Assembly: GCF_963921235.1 (NCBI RefSeq)
Contig: NC_086097.1
Location: 56,298,001-56,362,000, forward strand
From: Mobula hypostoma
Lineage: Eukaryota
Length of the DNA stretch: 64,000 bases
Direction: 5' to 3'
In this document: piece by piece, positions 53,067 through 64,000 of the stretch
Layout: each line of letters opens with the position of its first letter
Position numbering within the stretch: position 1 is the first letter of the stretch
The notes under the pieces: generated by a model
What the model was told of the DNA's origin: nothing
Seen by the model: the letters and a program-made list of their open reading frames with translations, nothing else
Databases searched by the model: none
Program-made: the position numbers and the translations under genes

Positions 53067-54558
53067 AATTACTCAAATCCAGATTCAATCCAGTTGTTAA
53101 GTTGGAGACCAACATGTGTTGGAGTTAAAAGGATGTTAGATGTTAATGTCAATTTATTTCCAGGAGTGTTCTCGGTACACTTTCTGTATCAGTCATTTTT
53201 GTACAGAATTGGATATATCAAGTGCGTTAGAAACCCAGTTCAGTTTTTTATGAAATGTGCAAAACCACAGTTGCAAAAGGGGAATATGATATAGGTAGAT
53301 ACACCCATGTAGTATTTTTTCTATTGGTGCTTGCTTAATTTGGGAGGAAAAAAATCTTTAAAATGCAAATTGAAAGGAAAATTGTGTAACAGGTCTGAAT
53401 AATTTGTGAAAAGCGTGTTCTAAACTCCATATTTCGCTTTATGAAGTTTTTTTAACTGGTAATCATAAAGCATCAACGGGTATTAGGATTACTATAAATT
53501 ACATTTTAAGAGAATAACTACCTTATCTCACGAGCAGGCTAACAAAAAAAGTGGTTATTTTTAAATAGTTTCTGTCCATGAGTGTTATCTGTATAGTCTC
53601 CCAGATTAAATCTATTAAATCTATTGTCATGACATTTGAACTACTCCAGTGGAATTGACTAAAAACTGAGACAAGTGGCGTTTCACGGGGATTTGCATTG
53701 GATCTTCAAATCTTAATACTTTTCAAATTCTCTGAAGTGAAGGATTGTATAAATCAAAGTCTGTAGGTACTGAGTTTGGAGGCACAGCAACAGACCAGTT
53801 TGGCAGTTGAAATAAATGCAAGAGATAAAGGCATAGAAATTAAGTTGATAGTTTGACGTTCATTGTGGTGAGGTATAAAGTTAATCACTTAGGATTCAAG
53901 AAAGACATTTTTGTGTACCACTTTAAAAAAAGGAAACAATTTTGGAAAAGCAAATAAATTTGTATGTTCAAGTATTTCAATCACTCAAAACCAGTCAACA
54001 GGTAAAAAAAACAACAAAGACAATGTTATTAATCCTATATACAAGAATTTGATGTTTTGCTTTAGGTTATATAGTTTTGGTCATGACATGTCTGAAATTC
54101 TGCTTTCAATTCAAATTGCTTTCAAGAAATATGTATTAGCTTTAGTCCATGGGCAGAACAACACAAGATTGATACCAGCATTAAGTGATGAGAGCAGATT
54201 GCATTCAATTCATTAATGTTCCCTTGAGTACAGAAGATTGAAGGTGAACTAACTGGTATGCTTAAAATGGAAATATGAATCAATAATATTGTAAAGAGAA
54301 ACTTGTCATCTGGCTATTAAATTCAGTACAATAAAACAAATCTTGAGATTAGAGCCTGTTAAGGGAGCTGTCAAGAAGTGCTTTTTCCACAGTGTTGTTG
54401 AAATCTAAACCCCTCCATGTAGCCCTTTTCCAATCGCTGAAAGGTCTGTACCTGATGGAGAATAAAACAATGAAATGATTTCTTATGCACTTTCTGTTTG
54501 GTGTATGTGATTTTTTTTTTTGGTAAAATTTAAACACCATTTTTCTTTTCAAATGCAG

Positions 54559-54696
54559 GTTGTTCTGGAAACTGAGATTACAAATAAATCTGCTCTGAAA
54601 CTCTATGAAAATCTTGGATTTGTGAGAGACAAAAGGCTGTTCAGATACTACTTAAATGGAGTTGATGCATTGCGTCTTAAACTGTGGCTACGTTAA
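54559..54696 (+). CDS. NAA30: NAA30 last coding exon
   Basis: aaatgcag|GTT...; [45 protein letters not shown] then TAA. The spliced CDS totals 1068 nt (355 aa). Confidence 0.97.
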   Translation, partial: VVLETEITNKSALKLYENLGFVRDKRLFRYYLNGVDALRLKLWLR

Positions 54697-56350
54697 AGAA
54701 ATAAAAAGAACAAGTTCAAATGAGTCCTTTTGGCATGCACTGCAATTTTTTATGAATTGCTTTGCAATAGGGCTCTTGATTTCAATGCAGCTCTTATCTG
54801 TCTGTCTCCATTGAGTGTCACATACATTTGTTGCACTATGGCATGGCGCAATTGTGCTAAATTTAAAAAACGGGATTTTTTTTCTCAAAATTGTCAAAAT
54901 ATTCATGGATGAACTGTGATACCAGAAAGATGAAACATTTTTGAGATGCATCACTTTAGTGAATGTGAGAAACGATATAATGTTGCCTGTCATTTGCAGC
55001 AGACAGCATCTCAAATGACTTATTGGTGGAAAATGTTTTGTGGCTTCCAGAGAGCTTGTATGTTGATATTTCTCCATGGATTTACACCAACGTTTCATTC
55101 AGAAATTTGCCAGATTAAATATTGAACTCCTCAAAGGGTGTTAATTCTGTTTTTCAGATTTTATTTTTCATATTTAAATTTTCCATGTAATAATTCTTGG
55201 TACCTCAGTGATTACTGAATGAAGAAAGCACATATTAGGAGTCGTGTGTATGTGTGTGAGCATAACAACAAAATAACATTACGTCTGCCAGTGCCTGTAT
55301 AGATGTGCATTTAAGTCTCATTTCAAGTTTGAGTGCATGCTTTTTTGTTTCCAGACAATCTTGCAGCAGAGTTTGTGATTTTATTTGAACAATGATTTTG
55401 GTGGTGAGTGACTCTGCTTTTTCCATGATTAGGATTTCCCCCTCCCCCAGCAAAAAAAATGCTGTTATTGCTTTGGGAACTATCTGGTAATTTAAGTGAA
55501 AGATTTTTTTATTTTTTGAAAAATTGTCGAGTAGTTGATATACCGTCCCCTTGCACGCCATAATATTTTGCTGATTCTCTATAATGCACTTTTCTTGGTT
55601 TAAATAGAATTTTTAATAGCAGATTGTATGTTTGAACAATTTTAACCAAGAATTGATTCGGAATCTTGAAAGCCATGAAAGAGTGGATTTTTTTTAAGTT
55701 ATTGGGACACATTTTATTGTCCGTATTAGTATGCAAGCAGGTCATCTGCAGGATCCCCACCTACTACCTACATAACTTGGCCATTTCTAAAGACATAATT
55801 TGAAGTGCATTTTACCAAATTTATTTCAAAGTCTGCAATCCTCCTGCAGCAGAGCTTTTCTTTTCGAGCTAATTATTTTCACTCTTGAATATATGAGCTA
55901 CTTGGAACTTTACTGTTTTGCATTTCAAAATAAGTAACACAATCTGCCTTATTTTTTTTGGGAAGGGTAGATGGCCACTGAACAATGGATTTGACGCATT
56001 CATAAGTTTACAGTTACTGAACATCAGATGAGTTTCGAGCAGAGCATACTTTGTAGAATGGATCCTTGGACTTATGGACTTGCATAAACCAACTTGATTT
56101 CATTGCCACAGTTTTACTGGAGTTGAGGATAGTATATGAGATTGGACAACCGTTCAATGTCACTGATTTAATTCTGTGTTGAATTATTGAACTTCTGTTT
56201 CGTCAGTAAATGTTACTGAATTCACTAGTATCTCTGCTACTCTCCAAAGAGCAGGAATAAATCTACGGAAAGGGGCTAAACGGAAATTGCAATGTTTGTA
56301 AGATACTCTGTAAGATACAGTAAATAAAGTGAAAAGTGGTTTTAAGGTCT
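54697..56350 (+). other. NAA30: Probable NAA30 3' UTR (may extend to ~57-58 kb)
   Basis: Follows the stop codon with no recognisable repeats. AATAAA at 54700, 56256 and 56323; the last is preceded by two TGTA elements and followed by G/T-rich sequence. Confidence 0.55.
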
Positions 56351-58307
56351 GAAATTTTGTGATTTAAAAATGTATAGGATATTTAATCAATAATTCAATG
56401 TTGCCACAGTAATTCCACAAAAATAATTTCTGGAGATGTTCTTTATTTGATAGACATTTTCAGAGGTGATCTTAAAATGTCAAGGTCCTAGATAAAGAGA
56501 TGAGCTTCACTTCAATAAAATTTCCTCTTGGGAATGTGGCATTTTACAGATATACTCAGCAAATACATTTATAAAACTTTTGGCTGATAGCTTTTTATAC
56601 AGATGAAATTGTGTTGATTACAATGCTTCTCAGTATTTAAGAATCTGTTTATGGATTGTTGAATGATATAAAATTGCTCTTTTGATGATTGCTTCCACCG
56701 TATGGAACTAATTCAATTGACCATATCTGAAAATCCTGTGACAGCGTTACATACTCAAATCTAACATTTTCATTTTATCAACGAGTTTTCAGTACTTGGA
56801 GGAATGAAACTTGTGTACTGAGATGTTCAAAGTCAAACTAAAATGTTGAATTAGATGGCTCTGATTCAATTTGTATAAAAGGAGCTTTTTTTAAAATCTT
56901 ATTGTGCCAGAATGTAATTTGTACTAATTAGGGATGTTAAGAAATGGCATCAATGTCTGAGGAATATTAAGGTCTTGTTTGTTTCTAAGGGTACATATGT
57001 TATTTTTGTTTTCTGTAATTTGAAGTAAGAAGAATACAAACCAAATCTAATGTAATTTAACTAAAAAAAAACAAAGCTAAGGCTTAATTGATTCTCCACT
57101 AGCAATAATTCCATAGAAGGCAATTGCCCTGATATGCAATTTTCTGGAAACTACCAGATGATTTCCAATAAACACCCCCAGACAAGCCTAACTGTGTAAC
57201 TAGAACCTAAAATGAAACTTAAGTCAATTATCTTTAAATATTCAGCCATTTTGTAGCTATTGCAACAGGGAAATCACTAATTCTGTTTCATCTTCTGCAA
57301 AGTTGCATCTGTTGACATAGGTCTGCATCATTAAACTAATGATAAGTCTAAAGTTAATATGTATTTATTCACTGAATTCCAAATTTTAACTCCACAATTA
57401 AGGGTTTCATTGTAGCCTAAACAGTTTGCAAATTTAAGGTCACACATTTTATAGTAAATCTAGTTCTCTAAGTTTCTCAGTACCTTAATTGCAGCTGTAA
57501 AATGTTAGGGTAGGTTCATTTTATCAGTATTGATAAATGTGCATTGCATTCTATTTGTGTAGACATATAATAGATATAACATTGATTCTTATGCCTGTGG
57601 CAAAGGGACTGGGACAAACTTTGGATTTGATTTATCAGTTTCTTTCCCTGAAGTAGTGAAAACAATCTACAACAGTGTGTATCTGAGCATTACAACAACA
57701 CTCCATTGTTCTCAGATCATTTTGTTCAATTTTTCAAAAGGCTGTGTAGATTTGAGTGCCAGCAAATATTCAAGTATAACTTATCAACTTGTGAGCAGCA
57801 TTAATGTGTTTCCTCGTTTCAGCCTTGAATTTTTATTGCTACGTTGTTGCCTGCAAGCTATAATTTAATGTTGGAATTTAGTGGTAACTTAAATTGTCTT
57901 GCACTAAATTGCTAGGGATGAGTAACCGCTGGTGCATTCTACCTGCTCCAAGATGTGTACTCATTTCCTCTTCTATTTTCATTCATTAATGGAAGCTCTC
58001 AAGAATTTACTCTAGCATCAATCATTAGAGAACAATATAGTTTTATTATTTTAAGAAACATAATGGGATGTTTGAGACTATCAGAAATATGACGCCTTTA
58101 TTGAAATAGTCAGCAGTTTATTGACATAAACATGACTATTCATATATGGTCATGGTATATTTGTATTGTTTTGGTAGTTATATAAGATGGAGAACAATAA
58201 TTTATCTGCTTTTGGTCTGTTTTAAAAGAAGTTGTAACTAATGCAGACCAAAGTTCAACTGAAAAGTTTGACAGGTGAAGATTGTAGTCCTAGAATAATT
58301 CGAGCTA

Positions 58308-59349
58308 CAGTGCTTATATATAAAAAAAATATTCACCCCCTTTGGAAGCTTTCATGTTTTATTTTTGTACAACATTGAATCACAGTGGATTTAATTCGGC
58401 TTTTTTTGACGCTGATCAACAGAAAAAAACCTTTTTCGTGTCAAAGTGAAAACAGATCCCCACAAAGTGATTTAAATTAATTGCAAATATAAAACACAAA
58501 ATAATTGATAACATGAGTATTCACCCCCTTCAAGTCAGTATTTAGTCACTTCAAGTCAGTGCACCTTTGGCAACAATTCTCACTAATGGAAACATTTTAC
58601 GAGTTTTTTTTTCAAGAGTGACTTTCTCTTTACCACTCTCCCATAAAGCCCCAACTGGTGAAGCACCTGGGCAACAGTTGTACGTGTGGTCTCTCCCAAC
58701 TCAGCTGCTGAAGCTTGTAACTTCTCTAGAGTTGTCATAGGTCTCTTGGTGGCCTCCCTCACTAGTCCCCTTCTTGCATTGTCACTCAGATTTTTTGAGG
58801 ACTGCCTGTTCTGAGCAGATTTACAGCTGTGCCATTTTCTTTCCGTCTCTTGATAATGGACTTCACTCTACTGCGAGATATTCAGTGACTTGGAAGTTTA
58901 CTTGTATCCATCTCCTAAATTGTGCTTTTCAATAACCTTTTTGCGGAGTTGCTTGGAGTGTTCTTTTGTTTTCATGGTGTAGTTTTTGCCAGGATACTGG
59001 CTCACTAACAGTTGGACCTTCCAGATCCAGGTGAATTTTTACTACAGTCAACACCCTGACTGCACATGGTGATCTCCTTTCAACTAATATGTAACTTCTA
59101 AACCAATTGGCTGCACCAGTGATGATTTGGTGTGTCATATTAAAGGAGGTGAATACTTGTGTAACCAATTATCTTGTGTTTTATATCTAATTTATTTAGA
59201 ACACTTCGTGGAGATCTGTTTTCACCTTGACGTGAAAGACTTTTTCTGTTGATTAGTGTCAAAAATAATTAAATCCACTGTGATTCAATGTTGTAAAATA
59301 ATAAAGCATGAGAATTTTTTAGGTGGGTGACATCTTTTTATAGACACTC
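58308..59349 (-). mobile_element. Internally deleted Tc1 copy of the same family as 22055-23907
   Basis: TA|cagtgctt...tattcacccc and ggtgacatctttttatagacactc|TA ends. The transposase 5' part (MKTKEHSKQLRKKVIE) is on the minus strand; the catalytic region is missing near 58580. Confidence 0.85.
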
Positions 59350-60784
59350 TAAGTAAATTGAATAATTCTTTGAAGTGGCAAATGATGACCATTCGACAGT
59401 GGACAAGTGTAATCCTTAAAAAGAAACCTCTAAGTCTGTTCCTCAGTACTGGAAGCATAGATTTTAAGTAATTGAGTGAAAGATTTGAGGTTGCTGCAGT
59501 CTGAAACATGTTGACTGTATAAATAGAAACACATAGCAAATACCGTATTGGGAATGGTATTCAGATAATTACACAAAGAGCTGTGTCACAGACACAGAGG
59601 AGCAAATGACAATATCCTGATGGTACAATGGTGAGATGAAAGGAAGATGGTATTAGAGTCCAAAGTTGGGCATAAAAGTTGTATGGTGGCCAGGGGGGAG
59701 GGGTGGTGGTGGGAGGGAGAAGGATGTGAAATATTGTCGACCTAATAGTGGTTATACAAATTGGGTGAGGAATATAATCATGACAAAAAAATTAAAATTA
59801 AAGTGAGAGAGTTTTTAGATTTGAGTAAATGTAGGTCAATGAGCATGGCCGGCACTCAAGCTGGACTTTGTTAGAGGCAAAATATTCACAGAAGAGATTT
59901 GAATCAGCTGCAATTTAGATGATGTCAATCCAGCTATAAAAATATTTAGCACAAATTCCAAATGGGATTTTGAGTACCAGTGGGCTAAGATAGAAATGCA
60001 GTGAAAGTGTGTTTTTATGGTTATGTAATTATTTAAACTAAATGTTAAATAACATTTGAAAATAAGTTTTTTTTAATAATATGTATTTTAACATGACATA
60101 AAATACCCTAAAATACAATGCATAGTTTTGTTTTTGTTTATTATGCTGGCAGTTTCCAGACCAGGTGCATACAAGTTCGTGACTGGGTTTGATGTCCAAG
60201 TTCCATTGATTCCTGGTTGTTCTACTCCACCGGACTTCACCTGAATTTCAGAAAATTACAATGGAAATTCAGGAGAAGCTCAGGGAAAAGGAAGTTATAA
60301 TTTCTTCCCATTGTGTTTTCATTTGGAAATTTTAATAAATATAAAAATGTTAGAATGATTTTGAGTTTGCAAAAAGAGAATATTGCTGTTCACACATCTC
60401 TTGAATTTTGTTTTCTGGTTCGATTACCCATCTTTTTGCCTTTTAATCTCATAAATCGGTTCAATAGGTACATTTAATGTCAAATGCATACAATATACAT
60501 CCTGAAATTCTTTTTCTTCACAAACATCCATGAAACAGGAGTGCCCCAAATAGTACACACCATATCAAGCATTTGCTTTGGTTTATGCTCTGTCATCTTT
60601 CACTCTATCTAAAGACATATTGTCTCTCAGCATTTTTCCAGTTCTGATGAAAGGTCATTCACCTGACATGCTGACTCTTATGTTTTCAGGTTTCCAGTAT
60701 CCATAGGAAACTATATCTCAGATGTTGATTTAACTTTAACAATTACAAAAATAAAAGTTGTGTGTAAATTGGTTGGTATAAGCT

Positions 60785-61012
60785 GGAGCAATGTGTACAA
60801 AATACTGGAGGAACTCTGCAAGCCAGGCAACATCAATGGAGGGGAGAAAATAGTTGCCATTTCAAGCTGAGGACATTTATCGGGGCTGAGAAAGGAAGGA
60901 TGCAGAAACAACAGCTGTTTAATTCCCTTCCAAGATGCTGCCTAACTTGTTGAGTTCCTCCACCTTCTTTGTGTACTGTCCAAGATTTCCAGCATCTGTA
61001 GAATCTCTTGTA
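60785..61012. mobile_element. Two Penelope-like terminal fragments in inverted arrangement
   Basis: aaaatactggaggaactctgcaagccaggcaacatc facing gatgctgcctaacttgttgagttcctccacc...gatttccagcatctgtagaatctcttg. Confidence 0.55.
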
Positions 61013-61328
61013 TGTATAAATAAGCCTATATATGTTAATTCCATTCATTTTATTAAATTCTGAGTGAAGAATTCTTCTATATGGTGGTGGGTGATAAACA
61101 TAGTATGTTGTGGAATAAAGTATTTCCAATACTTTACAATTTTAATTTTCCAGCCTGCTTTGCAGTAAGTACTGGGATCGCATAGTTATGAATGACCTGA
61201 CTTGTAAAAATCCAACTTTATGCAAATTCTTCCATACATTTTTAAAACCATTTTAAAGGTTTGTGGCATTCATTACTTGTGTACAGTATATATTGTTAGA
61301 TTAATAAGGGGTACTGTTAGGGTGAATA

Positions 61329-62231
61329 TAGTGGATTCCAGTTAATTGGGACATATTGGGCCCTGTACATTTTGGCCCAATTAAGCAGCTGCCCCAATTA
61401 GCTGAAGTTTCATTGAGATCACTAAAAAGGTTACATTAAAAAAAAGAAACTACTGTTTAACTGAGTAACAAATTATGTATTTAAATGAAATGAAAAGCGG
61501 AACAAATTTAAACACTATCAATACAACTACAATACTGTAAAAATGTGTATTAGTTCCTTATAGTTATCAACTGATGAATTAATCCAGTGTCTGCTGCCGT
61601 GTTCTTTTGATTAACTGTAAATGAACAAAGTCAGCATAGACACCTAGTGCAGATAATGTACCACCTTCATAAAATCCTTTCAGCAACTGTATTCTCCAAA
61701 TATTCATTTTCATTGTAACATTCAAGATGGTTGTCAATACCTTCAAATTTTTTGTAGTTATTAACTTGTTGAAGTAGTGAAATCATTTCAATTTCACTCT
61801 TGGCCATTTTTGGCATCTGAAAGCACAAATGCTTGAAGCCACAGTGAGCAGAACAGTTCTGAATTGTCTCACAGCTTATTTCCCCACCAAGTATCAGTGA
61901 CAATAATCACTACTTTTTGAAGACAAACATGACACTGTTCACTTTAAGCACAGTATGGTGTCTAATGGTCACATAAGTGTACGCGACTGATGCTAGTTAG
62001 AAAGTGTTCGGTAACAATCTGCCCCGATTAAGCAACATGGTGACCCAAAGAAATGAAGGGAACCCAGCTATTTCTCGGCCCGAAACATTGACTGTACCTC
62101 TTCCTAGAGATGCTGCCTGGCCTGCTGCGTTCACCAGCAACTTTGATGTGTGTTGCCAACTATTTTCTCAATTAGTTTTTATTCTTTGTTGGTCCAAATA
62201 AGCAATTGCTCCGATTAACCAGAATCCACTG
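61329..62231. mobile_element. Non-autonomous Tigger/pogo-like DNA transposon, copy 3, with nested Penelope-like fragment (about 62077-62155)
   Basis: tagtggattccagttaattgg ... ccgattaaccagaatccactg TIRs. The nested insert is flanked by ccagctatttctc / ccaactattttctc. Confidence 0.75.
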
Positions 62232-63307
62232 TGGCAATGCAATATTGATTAATGCAGAAAAAGATCTTTCACTTGCACAGAATTTTTCTTATGGATAGTT
62301 CTCCAAAAGGGAACCCTTGTGTGGCCCAGGGCCTGCCTGTACTTTTGAGATAATTCTGTTGTAATTTGGAAATTACAGCTGTTATTTTGCAGGCTCCAAA
62401 ATATATAAATTAACAGTAGCAATGTCATAATAATCTATTATGTTTTAGTAATGTTAACTGAAGTATAAAGATTCACTAGGAAATCACTAGCTCCCTACAT
62501 CACTTCAAAATAGTTTCAGAGTATCACCTGCGCCACATGGGTGTATGGAGTGTGGTTTAACTACTTTAATTCTGCAATCCTGAGGCAGACAAATATTTTG
62601 TGTTCAGGTTTCTGGAGCAGACAGGAACCCACAACCTTCTGACTAAAGGGCAGAAAAGCTACCCACTGAGCCATAGCTGACACTAATATCTCCTTGTCAC
62701 CTTCGTGTATTTATTGTACAAGTATTTTCCTAGTTTGAAATACAATTAACAATGGGTACAGTAACCTTATTTTGGCAGTCCCTCACGTTTGAGTATAACT
62801 TGCTTCTACTCCAATTCTTCGGCTAAAGAGGCCAAAGTGAAACCAATTTAGTGGTGGTTGAAGGGGTGGATTAGTGGTTAGAAAAGGAAGTGGAGCACTC
62901 CATCCTGCCTTTGCTGGATTTCTGTGGGCTTCTGATGTGTCTGGGTAGTCCTCCATTTTGGCTGGTCACTGGCCAGGGCTTTCTGTGTTTATTTGCATGT
63001 GTTGCATTTTCTAGGGAGGCATTGGGAACATATCTGAAGTATTTTTTTCTCTGTCCTGAGCTCTGCTGATTGCCTGTTTCAGGAGTTTGGTGTTAGGCAT
63101 GCAATTAATGTGTCCCATGCAGCAGGATTGACTGAGTGTGAATAGGGCATTAGTACTGAGGAAGTTAGCTGGAAGAGTACAGCACAGTATATTGATTTAT
63201 CTATCATGCTAGTTGGGGGGGGGGTGGGTGTTGGGGTGGTGGTTGAAGGAGTATTTGAGACACTTGGTGATGTCACACCAGTGCCTGCATTGAGAGTCTA
63301 TGATCTG

Positions 63308-63309
<2 letters not shown>

Positions 63310-63369
<60 letters not shown>
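63310..63369 (+). repeat. (AC)30 microsatellite
   Basis: Uninterrupted AC dinucleotide run. Confidence 0.98.
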
Positions 63370-63371
<2 letters not shown>

Positions 63372-64000
63372 AGATATAGCAGGACCATGAACTCTGCTTT
63401 AGGTTTGAGATATTGAACCTTGAACTCTGTTATATACACTTAAGCTAAGTCAGTGCTGACACACCAGAAGAAGGTGATAAATTTCATCATCAACACCTGG
63501 CTTATCTGATTTATAATTCTAAAGGTACAGACTTAGAAATGACCACAGATTTCTTTTGTATCTTATGTAGTCCTCTCCTTAAACTGGGTAGATTTGATTG
63601 CACAAATATTTTCTCCAATCTAGCTTGGTTGTAATCTATAAATATTCTGTATTTCTCTTAAGAGCTGTATTTACATGGTGCATTTTGGGATATTCTAAAA
63701 TACTTTGTGGCCAGAGAAATAGTTTTAAATATAGTCACCTGTATAAATTGTGGCTCCTCTTGCACAGGAAGCTGCCATAAATTTCAATTGGATAATAACC
63801 AGACTATTTTGGTTTAATCGATTATGTAAAATGCAAAGCATCTTCAATGGTCATGTGCTGGACTTAAAGAGCAAGCCATCATTACGAGTATTTAACACAA
63901 CCAGAAGAATTGCCATTGCCAAAACCAACTTCGAAAAAATAAAACCAACAAATTTTTACCAACATTCACATTTCTATGACAACAAGGCTTAGGCTACTAA

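Noticed and set aside
1..64000. Prokaryotic systems such as CRISPR arrays, operons or defence islands
   Set aside because: The sequence is vertebrate genomic DNA with spliceosomal introns; no repeat-spacer arrays or operon-like ORF clusters were seen.

Overview
Eukaryotic, AT-rich, repeat-dense vertebrate DNA. The repeat families (Penelope-like ends, V-SINEs, CR1, Rex1/Babar) suggest a cartilaginous fish such as a ray, but that is inference. The only recognisable host gene is NAA30, the catalytic subunit of N-terminal acetyltransferase NatC, on the + strand. It has a CpG-rich promoter near 33.0-33.4 kb and four coding exons (33462-34211, 42447-42570, 52008-52063, 54559-54696; 355 aa), followed by a long, apparently transposon-free 3' region. 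Most other long ORFs are transposon remnants: CR1, Rex1/Babar, RTE, L1, Tx1, a HERO-like RLE element, Penelope-like elements, two Gypsy/Mag-type LTR elements (one full length in an NAA30 intron), Tc1, Tigger-like and Harbinger-like DNA elements, and SINEs. I found no convincing new multi-gene system. The most notable observations are: a Gly->Cys change in the NAA30 acetyl-CoA-binding loop; an L1 with a twin-priming 5' inversion whose priming microhomology is still readable; decayed minimal hammerhead ribozymes in Penelope-like ends; an unclassified TIR element with a 6-bp TSD and duplicated hairpin modules; a young Tx1 inserted into a locally duplicated sequence; multi-level nested insertions; a hairpin plus tandem-duplication scar; and a possible minus-strand first exon. 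All calls were read by eye without database searches, so repeat boundaries without a TSD are approximate.
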